Shown one piece after another: positions 20,401-30,161 of a stretch of 64,000 nucleotides of DNA. A program made the translations under genes and the position numbers. Under the pieces are notes generated by a model that had not been told where the DNA came from, searched no databases, and saw nothing but the letters and a program-made list of their open reading frames with translations. The stretch lies in contig CAWIKF010000002.1 in the NCBI GenBank assembly GCA_963836755.1, positions 704,001 through 768,000 on the forward strand. Direction: 5' to 3'. Numbering within the stretch: the stretch's first letter is position 1; every line of letters starts with the position of its first letter. The stretch is from an uncultured Verrucomicrobiae bacterium (GTDB lineage: Bacteria; Verrucomicrobiota; Verrucomicrobiia; Chthoniobacterales; Chthoniobacteraceae).

Positions 20401-21047
20401 AAAATCAAGTCCTGGTAACGGAATGCGAGAAGCCGTTCGTGCGCGCCGAGATCTTTCAAAATCACGTCGGCAGTCCCGTTGTGGCCGATGCAGAGCGACT
20501 CCAGCGGCGAAGCGCCTTTTTGGAAAATCGACGGATCGGCATCCTGCGATGCGTTGAGCTGATAGACGATGTCGATCGCCTGCGCGGCCATGCCGAGCTG
20601 CGACATGAACGCGTAGTAGTTCGTGATTTGCTCCTGGTTCAATTCCGCCTTCGAAATCAAATCGTAGAGCTGCACGCCGAGCATGATTTTCCGGTTGTCG
20701 GTGAGCGACGCGGAAAGCTTTTGCGCCATCGCCATCAAGTCGTGCTGCTCGTTCAGCGCCTGGCGAAAAAGTTTGCGCAGCTCGGAGTAAACAGCCTCCG
20801 GATAATCGTAACGCAGGAAGCCGAGCGACGAATCAATTTCGTCCTCGAGCACCACACCGTCGACTTTGGAAAAAGCCGCGAGCACCTGGATCAGCAGCGG
20901 CAAAAGATTCGGCCCTTCCGCGAGCGTCCGCGGCTTTCGCAGCGCCCGGCGCGTGATTTTCCGCGTCGTGTTTTGCAGCCGGTAACCGAGCGGAATGAGC
21001 CGACGGACGCCGGTGCCGATTTTGTCGAGGATGGTGGGTTCGCTCAT
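17460..21047 (-). CDS. Fused ABC exporter (ATPase + ABC-2 permease) with long N-terminal extension
   Basis: GASGSGKS, LSGGERKR, FLFDEPTSGL; C-terminal TM helices; TerB-like (FSKVDGVVLEDEI) and FHA-like segments N-terminally. Start taken as MSEPT. Confidence 0.85.
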   Translation of the reverse strand: MSEPTILDKIGTGVRRLIPLGYRLQNTTRKITRRALRKPRTLAEGPNLLPLLIQVLAAFSKVDGVVLEDEIDSSLGFLRYDYPEAVYSELRKLFRQALNEQHDLMAMAQKLSASLTDNRKIMLGVQLYDLISKAELNQEQITNYYAFMSQLGMAAQAIDIVYQLNASQDADPSIFQKGASPLESLCIGHNGTADVILKDLGAHERLLAFRYQDLILLKNQSNRPIAVRGRPLANGEFCRVYSGQRILLGEQVLTYQDLVYYFNAKKNVSLAQVYLSVNKEDEVSLEKSRSRDSAIEVRFGLKVQVKALKAIDAVLNGVRLNAGALVEGTLEDKIIFHNDSELALIDLRRRARALGGRFQLKAHKSEYLVSNNPGLLEEDDILLSPGTGGEVLLKIQCDYEKKVGHLDVLQADRPILIGEIPVRNSAPLADGDTIRIDTGQVLRCDFGERIIEEERNIISTLELRDLNHRFREGETALDGVSFSVTRGEMVCVMGASGSGKSTLMRTLAGQLQPQSGEILLNGQRLYEHIDALKGYISYVPQEDAFDEHLTIEENLDFAAAIRAPHLSNRDRARRIEGKLIELGLNERRDSVVGSPVKKTLSGGERKRLNIGLDMIGSADVFLFDEPTSGLSSKDAEHVIEIIRAMAHNKIVLVTIHQPTSKLFQMFSKALLLDKGGKLVFYGTPHEMLSYFAQAEHEQHFGTELGECPACGTTRPEFIFDVLETPLRDLSGDMIFEENSEGQLMPARRFSPDFWRDKYESFRLLQDMRQVAVRKEPLPLPAAPVRKREALRWRDEWTQLRILVQRAFISKMRNRANLLTTIVEAPVLAALIGAVLRYSDSGTYDFASAYHIPTYLFLSLVVGMFLGLTNSADDIIRDRAVLQRERNLNVRLPYYIFAKATTLALFAAAQCALFVLIGNAILEVRGMFWPHFFFNFITALGGVTLGLFISSLVADGKTAANIVPLILIPNIILGGALIKYEDMNRDLDFIYTVQRFFSTHPGAEVGKRESDLQVPILCEFMPMRWSYEALVVSQAKLNPLTLRQEKLQDEIDDLVAREERTPAQNDRLDDLKDTLALLSGLEATNVDELNKRLRKVDRVIQGQALAATELKPRHGLVSAEQVFVNQKITDLVSKAETEQADYRRTKSINVFFGPLKNFGRFECSVLVFNAFVLLAFSGITLGLLHISLKRQLHTRA

Positions 21048-21134
21048 CGATGGCGCTCGAAAAAGCGCATGTGCAAAAGATAACGGATAAAGCGCGCGAC
21101 ACCATTTTTTCTTCCGCGCCGGAGCGCGGCGCAT

Positions 21135-22058
21135 TTATTTAACGGCTGTCGCAAAGACCGTTTGCAAATGCGGGCTTTCTGTTTCGCGCGCAACGACGTC
21201 GATCTCGATGTTGTTGAACCCGGCGTCTTTTAAAAATTGATGAAGCTGCGCTTCGCTGAACCCGAGCCACGCATCCGCGTAAAGCTCGCGCGCATTTTCA
21301 AAATGATGCGCCAGCAAATCGAGCACCGCGATGCGCCCGCCTTTTTTTAAGATGCGATGCGCCGCGGCTACCGCGCGCGCCGGACTCGCCGCGTGATGCA
21401 GCGCCTGGCTGAGGATCGCGAGATCGACCGTCTCGGGCTTGATTGGCGGATTTTCGATGTCGCCGCAGCGGTATTCCAGATTTTTGAAACCATGCTCGCG
21501 GGCAAGGCTGGCGCCGAAATCGACCATCTTTTCCGAGTTGTCGATCGCGATTACTTTCTTCGCGTGCCTCGCCAAAAGCTGCGCGATTGTTCCTTCGCCC
21601 GCGCCAAGATCGGCGACTGTGATCGGGCCGACGAGCGTGAGCAGCAGATGCGCGATCCCTTTCCACGTGCGGCCCGGGCAGTAGCTGCGGCCAAACTTTC
21701 CTGCGAGCTTGTTGAAATATTCGCGCGCCTTGTCCTGCCGTTTGCGCAGCGCCAGCTTGAGCGCGATGCGATCGTGCGCGGCCTCTGGGATTTCTTTTGC
21801 GCTCGCCTGCACCAGTCGCGCAATCGGCTCCAGTAAAGGATTCGCGGGCGCCAGCGCATAGTAGATATTTTTTCCCGCGCGCCGATCCACGAGCAATCCC
21901 GCGCGCTTGAGTTGCGCGAGATGGCTGGAAATTCGGGACTGCCCCATGCCGAGAATGTCTTGAATCTCAGCGACGGAAAGCTCCTCGTGCTCGAGCAAAA
22001 GCAGCAGCCGTAGCCGCGTGGGATCGGCGAGCAGGCGCAGGGATTTGACGAGCAACAT
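21135..22058 (-). CDS. ArsR HTH + SAM-methyltransferase-fold regulator (SahR-like)
   Basis: [10 protein letters not shown]...[23 protein letters not shown] motif I; divergent from metK-ahcY. Confidence 0.85.
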   Translation of the reverse strand: MLLVKSLRLLADPTRLRLLLLLEHEELSVAEIQDILGMGQSRISSHLAQLKRAGLLVDRRAGKNIYYALAPANPLLEPIARLVQASAKEIPEAAHDRIALKLALRKRQDKAREYFNKLAGKFGRSYCPGRTWKGIAHLLLTLVGPITVADLGAGEGTIAQLLARHAKKVIAIDNSEKMVDFGASLAREHGFKNLEYRCGDIENPPIKPETVDLAILSQALHHAASPARAVAAAHRILKKGGRIAVLDLLAHHFENARELYADAWLGFSEAQLHQFLKDAGFNNIEIDVVARETESPHLQTVFATAVK

Positions 22059-22185
22059 TATCGAGGCGGTGAACCAAAATGCAGTCGCTCGCGGTCTCGC
22101 GCAAGAAATAACGCATCATCGCATCAAGATTCATCAATATATTCTTGTTGACGAAAATGTTTCGTCGCGTATTCTCGCTCCCATC

Positions 22186-23358
22186 ATGTCTCGCCGTTAT
22201 ATTTTTTCCTCCGAGTCGGTTGGCGAAGGTCACCCCGACAAAGTTTGCGACACCATCTCCGACGCGATCCTCGACGCTTGTTTGGCGCAGGACAAAAAGA
22301 GCCGCGTGGCTTGCGAGACTTACGCGAAGAGCAACATCGTGATCGTCGGCGGCGAAATCACGACGCGCGCGAAGCTCGATTACGTGCAGCTCGTGCGCGA
22401 TGCCGTGCGCGAGATCGGCTACGTGAATGACGACGACGTTTTTCACGCCGACAAAATTTTCGTGACGAACATCATCACCGCGCAGTCGCCCGATATTTCG
22501 CAGGGCGTGGATGCGAAAAAAGCGAAGGGCAAAAAAAGTGCGGAGCAGGGCGCGGGCGACCAGGGATTGATGTTCGGCTACGCGTGCAATGAAACCCCTG
22601 AGCTGATGCCGGCGCCCATTATGTATGCGCATCGGCTCGGCCGCGAGCTCACCCGCATCCGCAAAAGTGGCAAGGCGAAATGGCTGCGGCCAGACGCGAA
22701 GTCGCAGGTCTCGGTCATTTACGAGGATGGAAAACCGGTCGGGATTTCCAACGTCGTCATTTCCACGCAGCACAGCGAGGACGTGGAGCACGCGGAGATC
22801 GAGAAATTTTGCATCGAGAAAATCGTCAAAAAAGTTTTGCCCGCGCAGATGCTCAACGCAAAAACCGAGTATCTCATCAACCCCACCGGGCGCTTCGTCG
22901 TCGGCGGACCGCAGGGTGATACCGGTTTAACGGGACGTAAAATCATCGTTGATACCTACGGCGGCATGGGACGCCACGGCGGCGGCGCATTTTCCGGCAA
23001 AGATCCGAGCAAAGTGGACCGCAGCGCGGCCTACATGGGCCGTTGGGTCGCGAAAAACGTTGTCGCCGCGGAGCTGGCCCAGCGTTGCGAAGTGCAGTTC
23101 GCCTACGCGATCGGCCATCCGCAGCCGGTGAGCGTGCACATCGACACGTTTGGCACGAACACCGTGCCGGAGGAAAACATCGAGCGCGCCGTTTTGAAAA
23201 CTTTCAGCTTCAAGCCGGCGGACATCGTTTCGCAGCTCGATTTGCTGCGGCCCATTTATTCGAAGACCACCAACTACGGACATTTCGGCAAAGACGACGC
23301 CGAGATTACCTGGGAAAAAACCGACAAGGCCGAGGCGCTGAAAAAAGCCGCCCGCTAA
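22186..23358 (+). CDS. metK: S-adenosylmethionine synthetase
   Basis: [17 protein letters not shown] and [16 protein letters not shown] signatures. Confidence 0.98.
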   Translation: MSRRYIFSSESVGEGHPDKVCDTISDAILDACLAQDKKSRVACETYAKSNIVIVGGEITTRAKLDYVQLVRDAVREIGYVNDDDVFHADKIFVTNIITAQSPDISQGVDAKKAKGKKSAEQGAGDQGLMFGYACNETPELMPAPIMYAHRLGRELTRIRKSGKAKWLRPDAKSQVSVIYEDGKPVGISNVVISTQHSEDVEHAEIEKFCIEKIVKKVLPAQMLNAKTEYLINPTGRFVVGGPQGDTGLTGRKIIVDTYGGMGRHGGGAFSGKDPSKVDRSAAYMGRWVAKNVVAAELAQRCEVQFAYAIGHPQPVSVHIDTFGTNTVPEENIERAVLKTFSFKPADIVSQLDLLRPIYSKTTNYGHFGKDDAEITWEKTDKAEALKKAAR

Positions 23359-23386
23359 TTCCAAAACAAAGTTAAAAAACAAAAAC

Positions 23387-24817
23387 ATGAGCACCGCCAC
23401 CGCCACCAAAACCACTCCTGATTACAAAGTCGCCGACATCGGCCTCGCCGATTGGGGCCGCAAGGAAATCTCCATCGCCGAGCACGAAATGCCCGGCCTG
23501 ATGTCGATCCGCAAAAAATACGCAGCCGCCAAGCCGCTCGGCGGCGTCCGCATCACCGGCTCGCTCCACATGACCATCCAGACCGCGGTCTTGATCGAGA
23601 CACTCGTCGATCTCGGCGCCGACGTCCGCTGGGCCTCGTGCAATATTTTCTCCACACAAGACCACGCCGCAGCCGCCATCGCGAAAGCCGGCGTCCCGGT
23701 CTTCGCCTGGAAAGGCGAGACGCTCGAGGAGTATTGGGAATGCACGGAACGCGCGCTCAGTTTTCCTGAAGGCAAAGGCCCGCAGCTCGTCGTCGATGAC
23801 GGCGGCGACGTCACTTTACTCATCCACAAAGGCTACGAGCTCGAGGACGGCAGCGATTGGATCGACACCGAATCCAGCGCCCATGAAGAAAAAGTCATCA
23901 AGGACCTCCTGCGCCAGATCAAGGCCGAGGACCCGCTCCGCTGGCATAACGTCGTGAAAGATTGGCGCGGCGTCTCCGAGGAAACCACAACCGGCGTGCA
24001 TCGCCTCTACCAGATGCTCGAAAAAGGCAAACTCCTCGTCCCGGCCATCAACGTCAACGACACCGCGACCAAATCAAAGTTCGACAACCTCTACGGCTGC
24101 CGCCATTCGCTCATCGACGGCATCAACCGCGCCCTCGACGTCATGGTCAGCGGCAAAGTCGCCGTCGTCTGCGGCTATGGCGATGTCGGCAAAGGCTGCG
24201 CCCAATCCCTCAAAGGCCAGGGCGCACGCGTCATCGTCACCGAGATCGATCCGATCAACGCGCTCCAAGCCGCCATGGAAGGCTACGAAGTCACCACGAT
24301 CGAGGACACCCTCGGCCGCGGCGACCTTTACGTCACCACTACCGGCAACGTCGACATCATCACCTACGAGCACATGACGAAAATGAAAGACCAGGCCGTC
24401 ATCTGCAACATCGGCCACTTCGACAACGAAATTCAGGTCGATCTCCTCAATACCGCCAAGGGCGTGAAGAAAACCAACATCAAGCCGCAGGTGGATAAAT
24501 ACACATTCCCCGACGGGCACGAGATTTTCATGCTGGCCGAGGGCCGGCTCGTCAATCTCGGCTGCGCCACCGGCCACCCGAGCTTCGTGATGAGCAATTC
24601 GTTCTCAAACCAGACGCTCGCGCAGCTCGATCTCTGGAAAAACCGGGATACGAACAAACCGGGCGTTTACATCCTGCCGAAGATCCTCGACGAAGAAGTT
24701 GCGCGCCTGCATTTGGATAAAATCGGCGTCAAGCTCACCAAGCTGACGAAAAAACAAGCCGATTACCTTGGCGTCAGCGCCGACGGTCCCTACAAGCCCG
24801 CGCACTACCGCTACTAA
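23387..24817 (+). CDS. ahcY: Adenosylhomocysteinase
   Basis: [52 protein letters not shown]. Confidence 0.98.
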   Translation: MSTATATKTTPDYKVADIGLADWGRKEISIAEHEMPGLMSIRKKYAAAKPLGGVRITGSLHMTIQTAVLIETLVDLGADVRWASCNIFSTQDHAAAAIAKAGVPVFAWKGETLEEYWECTERALSFPEGKGPQLVVDDGGDVTLLIHKGYELEDGSDWIDTESSAHEEKVIKDLLRQIKAEDPLRWHNVVKDWRGVSEETTTGVHRLYQMLEKGKLLVPAINVNDTATKSKFDNLYGCRHSLIDGINRALDVMVSGKVAVVCGYGDVGKGCAQSLKGQGARVIVTEIDPINALQAAMEGYEVTTIEDTLGRGDLYVTTTGNVDIITYEHMTKMKDQAVICNIGHFDNEIQVDLLNTAKGVKKTNIKPQVDKYTFPDGHEIFMLAEGRLVNLGCATGHPSFVMSNSFSNQTLAQLDLWKNRDTNKPGVYILPKILDEEVARLHLDKIGVKLTKLTKKQADYLGVSADGPYKPAHYRY

Positions 24818-24870
24818 ACTTTGTCGCCACGCGCAGCGCCGGTTCTGCCGGCTTTGCGTGGGAGTCGCTA

Positions 24871-25140
24871 AAACGGCTCCCGTTGCGACCGATCCTGCGT
24901 TCAGGTTTGGTCAAACGGCTCCCGTTTGAGCGATCCGGCGTCCAGGATCGTCCGCACAGCTCCGTTTTGAGCGATCCTGGAGCCCGGGTCGCTCGCGCGG
25001 CTCCGTTTTGACCGATCCTGAAGCCCGGGTCCTCCGCACAGCTCCGTTTTGAACGATCCTGAAGCCCGGCTCGCTCGCACAGCTCCGATTTGACCGATCC
25101 TGAACGCCGGGTCGGTCAAAAAAGCGGTTTTACTCTGTTG
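24871..25140 (+). repeat. Array C: 6 units of 41-42 nt (GCTCCGTTTTGAnCGATCCTGAAGCCCGGGTC...) plus terminal motif TTTACTCTGTTG
   Basis: CTCC(C)G starts at 24877, 24919, 24960, 25001, 25042, 25083; motif at 25129-25140. Confidence 0.92.
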
Positions 25141-25220
25141 CCACATGCCGCGACGACGCCAAAACCGGTCCGCCGACGCGGCAGCCTTGCAATTTGAAGG
25201 CCGCTGCCGAAAGTAGCGCC

Positions 25221-26651
25221 ATGTCCGGCGCGTGGTCCCTCATTTTCATCGCGATCGCCGCCCTCCTCGCGGGCGCAGCCGGCGCCGCGCTTTTTTTCCG
25301 TCAAAGATTGCTCCTCTGCCTCGAAAAAGCCCACGGCGCGAATGCCGCCGCGCTCGCGACCGCGCAGCAAATCGGCGCGCGCGTGCCGGAGCTCGAGTCG
25401 CAAATCCGCGAGCTGCTCGCCGAAAAGTCGGGCGTGAGCTCACAGCTCGCCGCCGCCGTTGCCCAAGCCGAGGAGGAGCGAAAGGCGGCTGCGGAAAAGT
25501 TGGCGCTCATTGATGATGCGACGAAAAAGTTGAGCGACGCCTTTCACGCGCTTTCGGCGAAAGCGCTGCGCGACAACAATCAATCCTTTCTCGAAATGGC
25601 GGAAAGCAAGCTGGCAAAGTTCCAGGAAGGTGCGCGCGGCGACCTCGAGAAACGGCAGCAGGCGATCAACGAAATCGTGAAGCCGGTGCGCGAATCTTTG
25701 GAAAAAGTGGACGCAAAAATTGCCGAGATGGAAAAGACGCGCGCGGGCGCCTACGAATCGCTGACGACGCAGGTGCGCGGCCTTTTTGAAACGCAAAACG
25801 AGCTGCGCCGCGAAACTTCGAACCTTGTGCGCGCGCTCCATTCGCCGACCGTGCGCGGGCGGTGGGGCGAGGTGCAGCTGCGGCGCGTGGTCGAGATGGC
25901 GGGCATGGTCGATCATTGCGATTTCGCCGAGCAAATTTCCGTGAATACCGACGAAGGCCGGCTGCGTCCGGACCTCATCGTGAAACTGCCCGGAGGCAAA
26001 AGTATCGTCGTTGATTCCAAAGCGGCGATCCACGCCTATGTCGAGGCGATCGAGGCGACCGATGAGCTCGTGCGCGCCGAGCGGCTCGCGCGGCACGCGG
26101 CGCAGGTGCGCGGGCATGTGGAGGCGCTGTCGCGCAAGGCGTATTGGGAGCAATTCGAGCACGCGCCGGAGTTTGTCGTGCTTTTTTTGCCGGGCGAAAT
26201 GTTCTTCAGCGCGGCGCTCGAGCGCGATCCGCAGCTGATCGAATTCGCCGCGGACAAGCGCGTGATTTTAGCTACGCCGACAACTTTGATCGCATTATTA
26301 AAAGCAGTTTTCTACGGCTGGCGGCAGCAAAAGCTCGCGGAAAACGCGCAGGAAATCAGCGCGCTCGGCCGCGATCTTTACCAGCGCCTGAGCCTTGTCG
26401 GGGGACACATGGAAAACGTGGGCCGCAGCCTCAATAAAAGCGTCGAGAGCTACAACAAGGCGGTCGCTTCGCTTGAGAGCCGCGTGATGGTGACGGCACG
26501 AAAATTTCGCGATCTCGAAGCTGCTGCGCCCGGCGCCGAGATGGAGCCGATCTCGCCGGTGGAGCAAATCGCGCGGACGATCCAAGCGCCGGAATTGCTG
26601 CCGCCGGGCGAGCGCGATGTGCTGGAAAATCTCACCGGCGACTCGGTCTGA
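25221..26651 (+). CDS. rmuC: DNA recombination protein RmuC
   Basis: N-terminal TM and coiled coil; RGRWGEVQL, RPDLIVKLPG, VDSK, FVVLFLPGE, ATPTTLIALL. Confidence 0.93.
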   Translation: MSGAWSLIFIAIAALLAGAAGAALFFRQRLLLCLEKAHGANAAALATAQQIGARVPELESQIRELLAEKSGVSSQLAAAVAQAEEERKAAAEKLALIDDATKKLSDAFHALSAKALRDNNQSFLEMAESKLAKFQEGARGDLEKRQQAINEIVKPVRESLEKVDAKIAEMEKTRAGAYESLTTQVRGLFETQNELRRETSNLVRALHSPTVRGRWGEVQLRRVVEMAGMVDHCDFAEQISVNTDEGRLRPDLIVKLPGGKSIVVDSKAAIHAYVEAIEATDELVRAERLARHAAQVRGHVEALSRKAYWEQFEHAPEFVVLFLPGEMFFSAALERDPQLIEFAADKRVILATPTTLIALLKAVFYGWRQQKLAENAQEISALGRDLYQRLSLVGGHMENVGRSLNKSVESYNKAVASLESRVMVTARKFRDLEAAAPGAEMEPISPVEQIARTIQAPELLPPGERDVLENLTGDSV

Positions 26652-26714
26652 CTTTTATTTCATTCGGCAGCCTCTGCTGGACGGCGCTTGCGGTTTTTGC
26701 TACGGACTCCGTTC

Positions 26715-27251
26715 ATGAAATCGTCCGCTGATTTAGGCGCACCGGCGCAGTCCGCATCACCGCGTCATCACTTTCGGTTTCACATGCCACACGTGCATCT
26801 CGCGCCGGTTTTTGGGAGTGATTGGTTTGCATTAAAGGCGGAAGCTTTCGCGCGTTTTTTTGGAACGCCGGTATTTCTCGTCGCGCAGACCGGGATCGTT
26901 GCTGCCTGGATTACCTTAAATGTCCTCAATGTTTTCCACTTTGACGTCTATCCATTCATCCTTCTCAATCTCGCCTTCAGCCTTCAGGCAGCCTACGCGG
27001 CACCGCTGATCTTGCTCGCGCAAACGCGGCAGGCCGATCGCGACAAAGCCCACGCGGAAGCTGACGCGCAGCACCGCGAAGCGCTGGCGAATGCGAGTGA
27101 GGAGCGGCAGGCGATGGCCGCGCGGCAGACGGCGCAATTGCTGGACCTCATGCATCAGAATACGGAACTGACGCAATTGACGAAGGAGCTGAGCCAGCGC
27201 ATCGAGATGCTGACCGCTGAGATGCACCAGCGGGTTTTGGCGGTAAAGTAG
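26715..27251 (+). CDS. DUF1003-type membrane protein
   Basis: FDVYPFILLNLAFSLQAAYAAPLILLAQTRQ motif. Confidence 0.85.
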   Translation: MKSSADLGAPAQSASPRHHFRFHMPHVHLAPVFGSDWFALKAEAFARFFGTPVFLVAQTGIVAAWITLNVLNVFHFDVYPFILLNLAFSLQAAYAAPLILLAQTRQADRDKAHAEADAQHREALANASEERQAMAARQTAQLLDLMHQNTELTQLTKELSQRIEMLTAEMHQRVLAVK

Positions 27252-27263
27252 CGCGCCAACTTT

Positions 27264-27335
27264 GTCCCCGTAGTTCAACGGATAGAACGGAGGTTTCCTA
27301 AACCTTAGATGCGGGTTCGATTCCCACCGGGGACA
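27264..27335 (+). tRNA. tRNA-Arg(CCT)
   Basis: Acceptor GTCCCCG/CGGGGAC; anticodon loop TTCCTAA; GGTTCGATTCC. Confidence 0.95.
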
Positions 27336-27444
27336 TCTAATCTGAGTAAAAAGACGGTGCCGCGGCCAGGCTCACTCCGGCGCTCTTCCTCGCTTTTGAA
27401 AATTCATCTTTGGCTGTGCGCCACTTCTGCCGATGATGCCGCGC

Positions 27445-28557
27445 ATGTCACCCGACCAACCGCGCGATGTAGTGGAGCTGCTGCAAGCGCTGATCCGCAT
27501 CCCGAGCGTGAATCCCGACGGGCAGCCGGGCACGGATCAGGTCGGCGAGCAGGCGTGCGCAGAACTCGTCGGAACGTTTTTAGAAAAATGCGGCGCGCAC
27601 GTGGAAATGCAAAATGTGCTGCCGGGTCGGCCGAATGTGATCGGGAAATTTCCGACGCAGCGCGAAACAAAATCGCGTGTCGTTTTTGCGCCGCACACAG
27701 ACACGGTCAGCATTGCCGGCATGACAATTCCGCCTTTCGCCGCGGAGCTGCGCGACGGAAAAGTTTTCGGCCGCGGCGCCAGCGATACCAAAGGCTCGAT
27801 GGCTGCGATGCTTTGGGCATTGTGGAAAATGCGTGAGAAAATCGCGGCGCTCTCGCACGAGATTTGGTTCATCGGTTTGGCCGGCGAGGAAGCGGGGCAG
27901 CACGGCGCGAAAGCTTTTTGCGCGAAGCACCACGCGGATTTTGCGCTGGTGGGTGAGCCGACGAATTGCGACATCGTCCACACGCACAAAGGCTCGATGT
28001 GGCTGACGTTGCGCGCGCGCGGCGTCGCCGCCCACGCATCCACGCCCGAGCGCGGCGACAACGCTATTTATAAAATGGCCGACGCGATCCACTGGCTGCG
28101 CGACGAGCTTGCGCCGCGGCTCGCGGAGCTGCGCGATCCGGTGCTCGGCTCGCCGACGATGAATGTCGGCACGATTTCCGGTGGCAGCAAAACGAACATT
28201 GTTCCCGATCTTTGCACCGCGACCGTTGACATCCGCACCGTGCCCGCGCAGGACACCGGAGCGCTTCTCTCGGATTTTGCGGCGAGATTTCCAAGCCTCG
28301 AAATCGTCACAAAACAATCACAGCCGCTCTTCACCGATCCCGCGCATCCGATGGTTGCACTGCTCGAGGGAGCCGGCGGCAAATGCGTGGGCGCGCCCTG
28401 GTTTTGCGACGCGGCGATTTTCGCGCAAGCTGGCATCCCGGCAGTCGCTGCGGGTCCCGGCTCGATCGCGCAGGCGCACACGAATGACGAATGGATTGCC
28501 GTCGATGAACTCGAGCGCGGCGTAAACTTTTACGGCAAATTTTTAGAAAAGTTATGA
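27445..28557 (+). CDS. M20 metallopeptidase (ArgE/DapE family)
   Basis: HTDTV, GRGASDTKG, GEE, VGEPT, AHTNDEWI. Confidence 0.9.
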   Translation: MSPDQPRDVVELLQALIRIPSVNPDGQPGTDQVGEQACAELVGTFLEKCGAHVEMQNVLPGRPNVIGKFPTQRETKSRVVFAPHTDTVSIAGMTIPPFAAELRDGKVFGRGASDTKGSMAAMLWALWKMREKIAALSHEIWFIGLAGEEAGQHGAKAFCAKHHADFALVGEPTNCDIVHTHKGSMWLTLRARGVAAHASTPERGDNAIYKMADAIHWLRDELAPRLAELRDPVLGSPTMNVGTISGGSKTNIVPDLCTATVDIRTVPAQDTGALLSDFAARFPSLEIVTKQSQPLFTDPAHPMVALLEGAGGKCVGAPWFCDAAIFAQAGIPAVAAGPGSIAQAHTNDEWIAVDELERGVNFYGKFLEKL

Positions 28558-30086
28558 GCGAACAAAACAAAACGGCCATCACTCCGACGCGCGCCGAGGA
28601 TTTTCCCGAGTGGTATCAGCAAGTCGTGCGCGCCGCCGATCTCGCGGAAAATTCCGACGTGCGCGGCTGCATGGTCATCAAGCCGTGGGGCTATGGAATC
28701 TGGGAAACCATGCAACGCGGTCTCGACCGGATGTTTAAACGAACGGGACACCGCAACGCTTATTTTCCTTTGCTTATCCCTTTGTCGTATCTTGAGAAAG
28801 AAGCCGCGCACGTGGAAGGTTTCGCGAAGGAATGCGCGGTCGTGACGCATCATCGCCTCGAAGTCGGCGCGGATGGAAAGATGCGCGTGGCGCCATCGGC
28901 GCAGCTCGCGGAGCCTTTGGTGGTGCGGCCTACAAGCGAAACGATCATCGGCGCGACTTATGCGAAATGGGTTCGGTCGTGGCGGGATCTGCCGATTTTG
29001 ATCAACCAATGGGCAAACGTCGTGCGCTGGGAAATGCGCCCGCGCGTGTTTTTGCGGACGACGGAATTTCTCTGGCAGGAAGGTCACACGGCGCACGAGA
29101 CCGAAGCCGAGGCGCTGGCCGAGACCGAAAAAATGCTCGGCGTTTATGAAACTTTTGCGCGCGAGTTTCTGGCGCTGCCGGTTTTCACCGGCGAGAAAAG
29201 TGAAAGCGAACGCTTTCCAGGCGCTGTTAAAACATTGTGCATCGAAGCGATGGTGCAGGATCGAAAAGCGATCCAGGCCGGCACGTCGCATTTTCTCGGG
29301 CAAAATTTTGCGGAAGCGAGCGGGATCAAATTTTTGTCGCGCGAAAATCGCGAGGAGTTCGCGTGGACGACGAGTTGGGGCGTGAGCACGCGCCTCATCG
29401 GCGCGGCGATCATGATGCACGCGGATGATGACGGCATGATCGTGCCGCCGCGGATCGCGCCGACGCATGTGGTGATTTTGCCGGTGACGCCGAAGCCGGA
29501 GACGCGTGAGGCGGTGCTCGCGGCCGCGGAAACAATCGCGGAAAAAATTCGCGCCCAAAGTTTTCACAGCGCGTCCATCGAAGTGGAAGTGGACAAGCGC
29601 GAAATTGGCGGCGGGACGAAAAATTGGGAATGGATCAAGCGTGGCGTGCCGTTGCGAATCGAAATTGGCCCGCGCGATCTGGAAAAAAATTCAGTCGCGC
29701 TTTCCCGTCGTGATCAGGGCGTGAAGGAGAAGCAGTTTCTGCCCGCGAATGAAGCTGTGGAGCAGATCGCGGCAATTTTGCAGTCGATCCAGGATGAGCT
29801 TTTTGCGCGCGCTCTTGCGTTGCGCGACGCGCACACGCGCAACATTGACGCGCGTGACGAGTTTTACGCGTTCTTCACTCCGTTAAACACCAGCAAGCCG
29901 GAGATTCACGGCGGATTTGCCCGCTCGCATTGGTGCGGCAGCGCCCAGTGCGAGGCGAAAATCAAAGCGGATTTGAAAGTGACGATCCGCTGCATTCCCT
30001 TCGAAGCGCCCGAGGAGAATGGCACGTGCGTCTGCGGTTGCGGCTCACCGAGCCGACGGCGCGTGCTATGGGCGAAGTCTTATTGA
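28554..30086 (+). CDS. proS: Proline--tRNA ligase (archaeal/eukaryotic type)
   Basis: RPTSET, NQWANVVRWE, FLRTTEFLWQEGHT, QAGTSHFLGQNFA, C-terminal AKSY. Confidence 0.96.
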   Translation: MSEQNKTAITPTRAEDFPEWYQQVVRAADLAENSDVRGCMVIKPWGYGIWETMQRGLDRMFKRTGHRNAYFPLLIPLSYLEKEAAHVEGFAKECAVVTHHRLEVGADGKMRVAPSAQLAEPLVVRPTSETIIGATYAKWVRSWRDLPILINQWANVVRWEMRPRVFLRTTEFLWQEGHTAHETEAEALAETEKMLGVYETFAREFLALPVFTGEKSESERFPGAVKTLCIEAMVQDRKAIQAGTSHFLGQNFAEASGIKFLSRENREEFAWTTSWGVSTRLIGAAIMMHADDDGMIVPPRIAPTHVVILPVTPKPETREAVLAAAETIAEKIRAQSFHSASIEVEVDKREIGGGTKNWEWIKRGVPLRIEIGPRDLEKNSVALSRRDQGVKEKQFLPANEAVEQIAAILQSIQDELFARALALRDAHTRNIDARDEFYAFFTPLNTSKPEIHGGFARSHWCGSAQCEAKIKADLKVTIRCIPFEAPEENGTCVCGCGSPSRRRVLWAKSY

Positions 30087-30161
30087 ACAATTGACGCAGC
30101 GCGTGAATTAGCCGCGAGGTTCTTGCGGTGAGCGGCGCGTTCATCGAAACTGCGCGTTCGC

